Shown here piece after piece: positions 34,663 to 42,098 of a stretch of 49,811 nucleotides of DNA (positions within the stretch are counted from its first letter, which is position 1; each line of letters opens with the position of its first letter). Source of the DNA: a virus; IMG/VR virus record IMGVR_UViG_3300005326_000015. One strand, 5' to 3'. The notes beneath the pieces are model-generated. The model saw only the letters and a program-made list of their open reading frames with translations, was not told the origin of the DNA and did not search any database. Made by a program: the position numbers and the translations under genes.

Positions 34663-35187
34663 CTATTCAGGAAAATTCAATTCAAATTCAGGTCCGTCTT
34701 TGGGTTGCGATTCCATAGACTCATCGAAGGCCTCATCCGTACCGCCTACTGTCAGGCAGCAGGATTGACTCCAGTCATAGATGGCCTGCTGACAAAACAC
34801 GCGGCCCATCGTAAGCGCGGTGTTTGCATCTTTAATCCGTACACTGTGCTCAATGTACATATGGCCGTCTTCAACCCATATTCCGATATAGCGCGGTAAC
34901 TCACCATAGCGCTCACCGACAGTGTTAACAGCAGCAACTTCAATGGCGGCTGTCATGAAAGCATCCAGCAATTTTAAAGTGCTTGCTTGGTCGTTCTGCA
35001 ATGCAATGGCCTCACCAGTATTCGGTAAACTAATCTGAAAGCCATCCATGAAAGTCACTTCTTTAACCGCAATATCTCCGTTGCTCATTTTCTTGACTTC
35101 AATGGTTGCTCCGCCATTGACCATCGCATTGTGCAGCATGTTTGCGGCCATCAGTGATTCGATAATAAATTGTTTTTGAGTTCTCAT
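34663..35187 (-). CDS. Hypothetical protein (first gene of leftward early operon)
   Basis: 174 aa with RBS GGAGAAAT. The motif YIGIWVEDGHMYIEHSV..D...A...G....QQAIYDW recalls a widespread phage/plasmid family of unknown function. Confidence 0.6.
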   Translation of the reverse strand: MRTQKQFIIESLMAANMLHNAMVNGGATIEVKKMSNGDIAVKEVTFMDGFQISLPNTGEAIALQNDQASTLKLLDAFMTAAIEVAAVNTVGERYGELPRYIGIWVEDGHMYIEHSVRIKDANTALTMGRVFCQQAIYDWSQSCCLTVGGTDEAFDESMESQPKDGPEFELNFPE

Positions 35188-35536
35188 AATTTCTCCAGCC
35201 TGCTGAATCTCATCAGCGCGCTCCAGGTCTTTTGTGTAAGCGCGGACGGCCTGTAAAGATGGCCGTTTCGATTTTTAGTGTTTTCGTGCGGATGGTCCAT
35301 TATTCAATCTGTGTCGTGGCGCGCTGTCTCATAGCATTTCGTTGACGCGCTCACAGTCCCTTCGCTGGTCCTCATCCTAATTTTGCATCCAGTCAATCGA
35401 AGGCCTTAGCGCGCTAGATGCTCAGCGCTCATATGCTCCTCAATCCTGTAATACCCGCAATTCCCGCGGAGGCGTTTTCATCATTTTCTGCTGTTAGGTT
35501 AAGCCCTCCCTCAGCCGTTTCCGTCCTGATACCCAT

Positions 35537-35565
35537 ACATTACAGCATCGCTGATAAGGTGTCAA
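35537..35565 (-). promoter_or_regulatory. Candidate early leftward promoter (copy 1 of a duplicated element)
   Basis: Minus strand reads TTGACA-N12-TGCTGTAATGT. The same 23 fixed positions recur at 36342..36370. Confidence 0.45.
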
Positions 35566-35624
35566 CAAAATTTTAACATTTTCTTAAAATATTTTTTTTT
35601 GGAGGCCAAAATAGGCTTTTTGAT

Positions 35625-35767
35625 ATTTTGATAGATGTTCACATAAAATATATTTTTAGAATATAGTTTATGTTCTAAATATATAGAATACCAGTTTTCC
35701 TATCAAAAAAATGAAAACTTACTTTTTATATGTTAGTAAGATAATTATTATTATCATCTATCAAAAT
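35625..35767. repeat. 13-bp inverted repeat pair in AT-rich control region
   Basis: ATTTTGATAGATG (35625..35637) pairs with CATCTATCAAAAT (35755..35767). CTATCAAAA also occurs at 35700. An imperfect palindrome TTAGAATATA-gtt-TATGTTCTAA lies at 35656..35678. Confidence 0.7.
35678..35706 (-). promoter_or_regulatory. Candidate second leftward promoter
   Basis: Minus strand reads TTGATA-N17-TATATT. Its -10 abuts the imperfect palindrome at 35656..35678. Confidence 0.4.
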
Positions 35768-35873
35768 TCCAAAAACAGATTTTTAACCATAAATGAAAAT
35801 AGACCTATTTAGTCCTAATAAGGTGTAATTTTACACTATTGTACTAGTGCAAGTAGTACACTCCCGATAAACC

Positions 35874-35898
35874 AAAAAAAAAGGCCCGAAGGCCTCAG
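35874..35898 (-). terminator. Rho-independent terminator of the 35902..36300 gene
   Basis: Minus strand reads AGGCC-ttcg-GGCCT followed by a T9 run, starting 4 nt after the stop codon. Confidence 0.7.
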
Positions 35899-35901
35899 AT
35901 G

Positions 35902-36300
35902 CTATTGCCAATACGTTCCGTCTCCATGTTTGAGCATGTTTGCCAGTGAATGGCAGCGAATAGGGATACCCGCCACGTGATGCACAGCCGCCATGCTGTG
36001 ACCATCCTGCAAGTTGAGAATAACGCGGTCAGCGCTGTAATTGCCAGCCATACGGCGGAGCGCGTGGCGTAGCGGTGCTTGATGCTTAGCGGATGTGGTC
36101 ATCGAATAGCGGGTATCATTCACCAGCAGGACCAATCCCGCGCCCTGTATCACTGTGAATTCTGCGATACATGTTAAGTATGACATTAGGCGGTTGCCGT
36201 CGGTCCATAGGTTGCCTGTGTGAGAATCAGCCGCGCGACGGTCCATGAATGATGCTACTACTGCTGCATTATCTAATCGTTTCATTGAGATTTTCTCCAT
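35902..36300 (-). CDS. Hypothetical protein in a GC-rich moron (SY-T-IA ... YS-TTS-KHQ motif family)
   Basis: The ORF is open to 36345, but the candidate promoter at 36342..36370 places the transcription start downstream of that ATG. Likely starts are 36300 (MEKISM) or 36285 (MKRLDN, preceded by GGAGA). Motif: NLWTDGNRLMSYLTCIAEF...NDTRYSMTTSAKHQ. Confidence 0.55.
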   Translation of the reverse strand: MEKISMKRLDNAAVVASFMDRRAADSHTGNLWTDGNRLMSYLTCIAEFTVIQGAGLVLLVNDTRYSMTTSAKHQAPLRHALRRMAGNYSADRVILNLQDGHSMAAVHHVAGIPIRCHSLANMLKHGDGTYWQ

Positions 36301-36341
36301 GCGCGCCGCCTGCTGTGAGGCCGTCCGCGTCTTATACCACC

Positions 36342-36370
36342 ACATTACAGCAGGCCCTGAAATATGTCAA
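36342..36370 (-). promoter_or_regulatory. Candidate promoter of the moron gene (copy 2 of the duplicated element)
   Basis: Minus strand reads TTGACA-N12-TGCTGTAATGT, followed by GGTAT-AG-ACGG as in copy 1. Confidence 0.45.
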
Positions 36371-36548
36371 CAATTTTCTTACAATCCTGCTGATATTTCG
36401 TGTGCTGCTGCTGAGCGGCCAAAAAGATGGCGGGGTGGGTTTGATTGCAGTATTCGCACACGCGCGAAGTTGGCCTTATATATAAATAGCAATTCCCTAT
36501 CCCCCACCACCACACAGAAACCCAAACGAAACAACCCAGGGGGTGGGT

Positions 36549-36576
36549 TTGCAAAGGGACTTAATTGTGCTATAAT
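36549..36576 (+). promoter_or_regulatory. SigA-type promoter of the metallophosphoesterase gene
   Basis: TTGCAA-N16-TATAAT with TGc (TGCTATAAT). The -35 overlaps one copy of the GGGGTGGGTTTG direct repeat. Confidence 0.55.
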
Positions 36577-36607
36577 GGACAAGAAAAGGAACCAAGGAGG
36601 AACCCAA

Positions 36608-37822
36608 ATGATTGAACCAAACAACACACTGTTTAGACGAGAAGAGGAATCAGACGACGCTTATATCTACCGGATTTCGGAGAAGCGTGGGATAGACGAA
36701 TACTTACCAGGGTGGAACGCGGTGACGGCTTTCCTGAACGAGCAGATGGGAACACATTACAGTGACTTCTACTTCAGGAAGAAACACAAGGAGTACAAAG
36801 CAGCCTTGCAGAAGGAAGCAGAGAAGATGGTGGATGAAGACGGCGCGAGTATCCTGCTGGACATGAAGCGGGACTTGCTGTACATACAACAGGTCAAGAC
36901 CAGGGATGTGCTGCGTGAGAAGCGGAAACTGTTAAGGGATGAGGCGCGGATAGACGAGTTGCGGGATACGGTCATCCAGGCGGCGGCGAACATGCCGGAC
37001 ATGCAACTGCCGACAGTCATCGGAGAGGTCATGCACGGACCAGGGAACGAGGGCATCCTTTGCATAGGGGACTGGCATTACGGCGGGCAGTACAAGCACT
37101 TTTTGGGAGAGTTTAACATCCAGGTGTTGCAGGACAGGGTAGAGGACCTTTTAGGGAAGGTCATCAAGTATGTGCGCAAACACAACATCACATTGTTACA
37201 TGTTATCAACTTAGGGGACATGATAGATGGGAACATCCATGTCAGCACCAGGGTGCAGGCGGAGAAGGATGCGATAGAGCAAACGATGGGGGTGGCAGAG
37301 TTATTGGCCTGGTTCTTGATGGCCTTACAGAAGGTGGTGCCGAATACGACTTACCGGAGCACATTGGACAACCACAGCCGCATCAATAAGAGTTACTATG
37401 AGCATATAGAGAAAGAGAACTTTGGGCGCATCATTGACTGGTTTATGGAGGAGCGCTTCAAACGGCATAACAGTGGCATCCAGTTACCGAAGGACAATCC
37501 GGATGAGAACATCGGGTACTTCGAGTTGAAGGATGGCAGTCCGGTGGCCTTCGTGCACGGACATTTAGACAAGGTAAACACCGCGTTTCAGAATTTGAGC
37601 AGCGCGCTGCGGGTACAGTTGAAATATGTGTTCTTCGGGCATTATCACCAGGCCAAGATGAAAGAGTTCCAAATGGGTAAAGTCTTCGTGAATGGCAGCC
37701 TTAAAGGGTCGGACTATTATGCCATGGACAACCGCTATTTTGGCACAGCCAGTCAGATGATGATGGTCATGGATGGAGACGACGAATTGGTGTTGGTAAT
37801 GAACTTTGACAGAAAAATCTAG
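36608..37822 (+). CDS. Calcineurin-like metallophosphoesterase with ~140-aa N-terminal extension
   Basis: The ATG at 36608 follows AAGGAGG; the track ORF from 36245 is an antisense-overlap artefact. Motifs GDWHYG, LGDMIDGNIH, LDNHSR, FVHGHLD and FGHYHQ match the MPE/Mre11-type signature set. Confidence 0.75.
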   Translation: MIEPNNTLFRREEESDDAYIYRISEKRGIDEYLPGWNAVTAFLNEQMGTHYSDFYFRKKHKEYKAALQKEAEKMVDEDGASILLDMKRDLLYIQQVKTRDVLREKRKLLRDEARIDELRDTVIQAAANMPDMQLPTVIGEVMHGPGNEGILCIGDWHYGGQYKHFLGEFNIQVLQDRVEDLLGKVIKYVRKHNITLLHVINLGDMIDGNIHVSTRVQAEKDAIEQTMGVAELLAWFLMALQKVVPNTTYRSTLDNHSRINKSYYEHIEKENFGRIIDWFMEERFKRHNSGIQLPKDNPDENIGYFELKDGSPVAFVHGHLDKVNTAFQNLSSALRVQLKYVFFGHYHQAKMKEFQMGKVFVNGSLKGSDYYAMDNRYFGTASQMMMVMDGDDELVLVMNFDRKI

Positions 37823-37834
37823 GTATGCTATAAT
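37806..37834 (+). promoter_or_regulatory. Perfect consensus SigA promoter upstream of the packaging/structural genes
   Basis: TTGACA (37806..37811), a 17-nt spacer ending in TGc, then TATAAT (37829..37834). Confidence 0.75.
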
Positions 37835-37875
37835 GCCTATGTGTTAGATGAATGTTTTCCCTCCTTTCTCGGAAG

Positions 37876-37904
37876 AAGCCCGCTCTTGTGGGCTTTTTCT
37901 GTTT
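37876..37904 (+). terminator. Rho-independent terminator ~45 nt downstream of the consensus promoter
   Basis: AAGCCC-N8-GGGCTT hairpin followed by TTTCTGTTT. Confidence 0.7.
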
Positions 37905-37914
37905 GTGATATAAT
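37886..37914 (+). promoter_or_regulatory. Second candidate promoter overlapping the terminator
   Basis: TTGTGG-N17-TATAAT with TGa (TGATATAAT, the same 9-mer as at 3062 and 4891). Confidence 0.45.
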
Positions 37915-37933
37915 GTCAACGAGGTGATATGAA

Positions 37934-38323
37934 ATGGCGGCAAAAACGACGCTGACGGAACTGATTAAAAAGGACAAGGGGCTGAGTGACGAGCAGAAGA
38001 AGGCTTTCATCTCTATGGCGAACTTGTTCAACTCCAATTTCCGTGAGAACATTCAAAAGACCAGCCTGGAAATGGCTGAAGAAACAGGGATGACCTATGA
38101 TGACTGGAAGGAATTCCTGGAGCATGCTTCGATACGAAATTACATAGATGGCTTCGTAAATGAGCAGATTCGCAAAAAGACGGATGTGCAGTTGCTGGCC
38201 GGAGAGAGAACGCGGGATGCGGCCTCTTTGCGGAAGACACTGAGGGAAGAAGAGAAGGGTGTTGACAACTCGAACTTCATCATCATGCGCATGCCGGAGA
38301 AAGTAGAGTACGAGGATGACTAA
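37934..38323 (+). CDS. Putative terminase small subunit
   Basis: 129 aa with RBS GAGGTGA. Lies immediately upstream of, and overlapping, the large terminase gene. Charged helical protein. The call rests on position only. Confidence 0.5.
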   Translation: MAAKTTLTELIKKDKGLSDEQKKAFISMANLFNSNFRENIQKTSLEMAEETGMTYDDWKEFLEHASIRNYIDGFVNEQIRKKTDVQLLAGERTRDAASLRKTLREEEKGVDNSNFIIMRMPEKVEYEDD

Positions 38324-39938
38324 GAAACTTCAATTCAAAGGACTGGACAGCAATGGCAACCGCCTGTACACCTGCCCTTTATGCAGCAACCGGATGAAAG
38401 TCCAAAAGAACTTGTTTTATGGGAAGTGTGAGATTTGCCAGGCAACGATTATTGACTATACACCGATGCCTCATCAGGTCAACTTTCATAAGTCCAATGC
38501 ACAGTATAAGTTGAATATTGGGGGATTTGGTTCAGGGAAAACGACAGCCAGTTGCGCTGAAATTTCCGACCATATCCTGACTACACCGAACGGAGCCACG
38601 GTAGTCATGGCCCAAACGGTCCAGCAAACGATGAACACCGTCATGAAGGAACTGCTGAAATTCATACCTGAGTGGTTGATAGAGCGCAAAACCGCTTCGC
38701 CGCCACACATCTATATGAAGAACGGCCACGAAATCATGGTGTATGCGTCGGATGACGAAGAGAAATTAAGGTCTTTGTCCCTGACAGCGTTCTATATAGA
38801 GGAAGCATCCAAAGTTGAGTATGAAGTATTTACTCAGTTGCAGTCTCGTTTGAGAAGCAACGCGGGGATGATACACAATGAGGATGGCAGTATCACTTAC
38901 AAATACCTTGGCATCGTATCAACCAACCCTGATGATGGGTGGGTAAGAACCGAGTTCCTGTTACGGTCCGGAAAGATATTCGCAAGTGAAAGTATTGACA
39001 AGTCAGTTTACGAAGGCCTTCGGCCAGTAAAGCGGGAAAAATTCTATCATTCGTTCTTATCTTCATCCAGGGATAACATCATGCTGCCTCCAACATTCAT
39101 TGAGCGGTTGTGTGCAGGTAAACCCTTATCGTGGGTAAGAAAGTATATAGACTGTTACCTGGATGTCAAGGAGGGTGCGGTTTATCCGGAGTATAGTTCC
39201 TGCTTAGTCAATCCGTTTCCAGTTCCGCCCAAGTGGCTGCGAAGTTTCGGATTCGACAAAGGATACAGGGACCCAACCGTATTGTGGTGCACGGCCATTG
39301 ACCCTGCTACCGGAATCGTTTATGCCTACGATGAGTATTATGTAGCGGAACAGACAATAACGACCCATGCACAGGCATTGATTCCGTATGTGGTGCCCTA
39401 CAAGTTGTTCAACAACATTCAGTCTGACCCTTCGATTATAAACAGGAATGAGCGGGATGGGGAATCTTATCAAAGTTACTTCCATCGTGCTTGTGATAAC
39501 CGATTGTATTTGGAACCTGGCAACAATGACTTGTTGGCTGGGATTGAAAAAGTACGCGACTACATGGTCGCAGGTAAGTTGAAAATCTTCCGGACTTTGG
39601 AGAATACGACCAAAGAGGCTTCCTCCTATTTATGGAAAGAATCGAAAACCGGAAAAGAGACCCCTGAGGCTAGAAACAACCATGCCATGGATGCCATGCG
39701 CTACCTGGTCATGGCTTTACCGGATGACCCACATGAACTTCAAGGTCTTGTTTATAAAATGAACGACAGTCATATTCGGACATTTTACAAGGGAGAATGG
39801 GAAGACGATGATGGAACATACACCGCTGGAGGTGTCACTATACTGCAAGGAGGTATAAATGAAAATGGAAGAGAAAGAAATGAACCGTATAATGCAAATG
39901 ATAACCGACATTTCGGAGGCCAACGCTATCTTAAATGA
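38316..39938 (+). CDS. Terminase large subunit with N-terminal zinc ribbon
   Basis: Walker A GGFGSGKT, Walker B-like LTAFYIEEAS, and the nuclease-domain motif NNHAMDAMRYLV. N-terminal CPLCSN...CEIC. Confidence 0.85.
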   Translation: MTKKLQFKGLDSNGNRLYTCPLCSNRMKVQKNLFYGKCEICQATIIDYTPMPHQVNFHKSNAQYKLNIGGFGSGKTTASCAEISDHILTTPNGATVVMAQTVQQTMNTVMKELLKFIPEWLIERKTASPPHIYMKNGHEIMVYASDDEEKLRSLSLTAFYIEEASKVEYEVFTQLQSRLRSNAGMIHNEDGSITYKYLGIVSTNPDDGWVRTEFLLRSGKIFASESIDKSVYEGLRPVKREKFYHSFLSSSRDNIMLPPTFIERLCAGKPLSWVRKYIDCYLDVKEGAVYPEYSSCLVNPFPVPPKWLRSFGFDKGYRDPTVLWCTAIDPATGIVYAYDEYYVAEQTITTHAQALIPYVVPYKLFNNIQSDPSIINRNERDGESYQSYFHRACDNRLYLEPGNNDLLAGIEKVRDYMVAGKLKIFRTLENTTKEASSYLWKESKTGKETPEARNNHAMDAMRYLVMALPDDPHELQGLVYKMNDSHIRTFYKGEWEDDDGTYTAGGVTILQGGINENGRERNEPYNANDNRHFGGQRYLK

Positions 39939-40083
39939 GAAGGTGACGGCTTTAACTGAAAGAGTTGCAGTACTTGAAGGAGAACAGAGTATTGGTGGGG
40001 TTATCTTGGATGGTACTCCTGAATATGTTCGCAAGTATCTTGACGAACAAGGAATAACTAAAGGAGGGATAGTCAATGGATGA
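39859..40083 (+). CDS. Hypothetical coiled-coil protein overlapping the terminase 3' end
   Basis: 74 aa; strong RBS AAGGAGG lies 6 nt upstream. 80-nt overlap with the TerL reading frame. Confidence 0.5.
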   Translation: MKMEEKEMNRIMQMITDISEANAILNEKVTALTERVAVLEGEQSIGGVILDGTPEYVRKYLDEQGITKGGIVNG

Positions 40084-41962
40084 ACTCAATGAGATGAAAT
40101 TTCCGACTTTGGAGGAATACACGGAATTCGCCAAAGCCCAGTCACAAGCCAAACCGTACATCAAAAAGTTCAAAGACGCGTGGCAATTTGTGCAGCGCCG
40201 TTTTGCTGCGCTTAATGAGAACATGGTATTTTACGAAGGCAATCCGTATGAACTGTCCTATTACACTGAGAACAGGCCCTGGGTTGTAAAAATGAACACC
40301 CCTTATGCTTCCTTGGCCATTGACACCCGCACCGCCAGTTTGAAGGCGACGGACTATCGTGGACGCATTTTCCCAATGACTCCGGAGGATAAGGATACGG
40401 TTGAAGCCTTGGAGAACATCCTTCATGATGAATGGGAACGCATGGAAGTCGATAGGAGCATTGATGATGCCATCACCAACTCCGCTGTGGTCCGTGAATC
40501 CTATGCTCACATCTTTTACAACGATGAGAAGAAAATGGAAATCAAGCAACTTGACACGAATAGTGTGCTTATTGACCCAAGAGCGCGAGAATTCAATAAA
40601 GCCCAGTACATTTGTGTGGTGGGTCGGGAAATGATTGAAGTCGTTCGTGAGAAATGGCCAAAATTTGAGCAGTTCTTCCCTGAAAACACAGCGATGTCAC
40701 CGGATGAACGCTCAGAAATCTACTCTCACAATGAATATGACTTCCTTCAGACTGGAATTTTAACCGTCATGACCATCTTTGAGCGCAGAAAAGACCAAAT
40801 TTGGAAAGTTGTGCTGGTCGAAGACTTCCTGGTGGAAGAAAAACACCTCAGTGCGTTGAAAAGATTCCCTGTTGCACAGATGCGATGGGCTAGAATCACA
40901 CAAAGTGCCTATGGAAAATCCTTAATGGACGATATTATAACGCTTCAAAAGGGTATTAACATGATTGACAGCGCGATTGTCAACATTGCCCTGGCTTATG
41001 CTTCGCCTGCTGTGGCCGTTCGCAACGGTTCCGGTGTCAATGCGAAGGTCGTAGCCAAAACGATGGGTGCTCCTGGTACGGTTTACACGGTCAATGGAGA
41101 CCCGAAGACCGCGATTGTCCCGATTGTGCCTCCTCAGATTGATGACAAGATTGTCACGATTAAAAAAGAGATGGAAAACACGATTGACCGCATCGCTGGT
41201 ATCACAAATCCATACTTAGGCTCCATTGGTACCGCCGGAAACACCGCGCAAGGGGCTAAACTGGCTGTCGAACGCGCAAAAATCATTGAAGCCGAAGTTT
41301 TGAGAAACATTTCTGAGTTTGTAGAGACCATTACCATGATTATCATGGATTATGTCGTTCATATGAACGCGGGTGAGGTTGTACAGACAAGAAAATTCTC
41401 AAGTACGGAGTCAATGCCTGAATTTAAGACAAGATATGTCCCTGAAAACGCGAAGGATGCACAATATTCGTTCTATGTCAACCTTGACAAGAAAACTCCG
41501 TATTCCAAAGAGCGTGAGAGGGAACAACTCCTTCAGATTTATCAAATGGAACACCAATATGATGCTCCAGTTAAACTAATCAGCATCCTTGACCTCATTG
41601 GTACTTATGACCTTGAGAATGTGGATGAATTGAAACAAAGGTTCAAAATGTTGGCGGCTCAGAGTGATGAGAAGAAGGCTCAGGTTATTACCGAATTGGT
41701 TGCGCTGACCTCTCAATATCAAATACCTCCGGAAATGGTCCAAGGTGCTGTCATTGAAATCATCTCAGGTGCTCAACAAACACCAGTGTATGACCAGGTG
41801 ATGATGATGTTGGAACAAGTCGGTCAACAGATGGAACAGGAGAAACAAGCATCGCTGGATGACTTGTCGGCTCAAGGTATGGACCCTCAAATGGTGCAGC
41901 AAGCATCTCAAATGCTTGAGCAACAGCAAGGTGGACCATCCATGCAAGACTTAGGAATGTAA
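40076..41962 (+). CDS. Portal protein
   Basis: 628 aa; gene order TerL-portal-scaffold-capsid; Gln-rich acidic C-terminal tail. The call rests on size and position. Confidence 0.75.
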   Translation: MDELNEMKFPTLEEYTEFAKAQSQAKPYIKKFKDAWQFVQRRFAALNENMVFYEGNPYELSYYTENRPWVVKMNTPYASLAIDTRTASLKATDYRGRIFPMTPEDKDTVEALENILHDEWERMEVDRSIDDAITNSAVVRESYAHIFYNDEKKMEIKQLDTNSVLIDPRAREFNKAQYICVVGREMIEVVREKWPKFEQFFPENTAMSPDERSEIYSHNEYDFLQTGILTVMTIFERRKDQIWKVVLVEDFLVEEKHLSALKRFPVAQMRWARITQSAYGKSLMDDIITLQKGINMIDSAIVNIALAYASPAVAVRNGSGVNAKVVAKTMGAPGTVYTVNGDPKTAIVPIVPPQIDDKIVTIKKEMENTIDRIAGITNPYLGSIGTAGNTAQGAKLAVERAKIIEAEVLRNISEFVETITMIIMDYVVHMNAGEVVQTRKFSSTESMPEFKTRYVPENAKDAQYSFYVNLDKKTPYSKEREREQLLQIYQMEHQYDAPVKLISILDLIGTYDLENVDELKQRFKMLAAQSDEKKAQVITELVALTSQYQIPPEMVQGAVIEIISGAQQTPVYDQVMMMLEQVGQQMEQEKQASLDDLSAQGMDPQMVQQASQMLEQQQGGPSMQDLGM

Positions 41963-41966
41963 GAAG

Positions 41967-42000
41967 AAGGCCTCTATGTAAGGGGCCTTTACTTTTCTTT
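41967..42000 (+). terminator. Rho-independent terminator after portal gene
   Basis: AAGGCCTC-N7-GGGGCCTT (8 bp including one G-U pair) followed by TACTTTTCTTT. Confidence 0.65.
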
Positions 42001-42016
42001 CATTTTCATATATAAT
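41988..42016 (+). promoter_or_regulatory. Candidate promoter of the scaffold/capsid unit
   Basis: TTTACT-N17-TATAAT, the same -35 hexamer as at 3042. Confidence 0.5.
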
Positions 42017-42098
42017 ATAGACGATGTAGAAATACAGCACTTTATAGTTCCATGATGTCGTACCGTAGCGACTAAAAACAATTACGCGGGAGGTTAAA

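Noticed and set aside
35188-35222. Hammerhead-ribozyme-like CUGAUGA ... GAAA string on the minus strand just upstream of the first early gene
   Set aside because: The would-be stem II does not start directly after CUGAUGA. The GAAA is part of the GGAGAAAT ribosome-binding site. No stem I/III partners or cleavage-site context are visible. It is most likely a chance match.
35188-35901. tRNA or other classical structured RNA gene in the large intergenic region
   Set aside because: No GTTCGAATC-type T-arm and no acceptor/anticodon stem arrangement were found by eye on either strand. Only short generic hairpins are present. tRNAscan/Infernal would be needed to exclude this formally.
36245-36607. 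N-terminal 121 aa of the 525-aa track ORF
   Set aside because: This part is antisense to the GC-rich 35902..36300 gene and its promoter region. It has a non-protein-like composition and no RBS. A strong AAGGAGG-ATG start exists at 36608, downstream of a good promoter.
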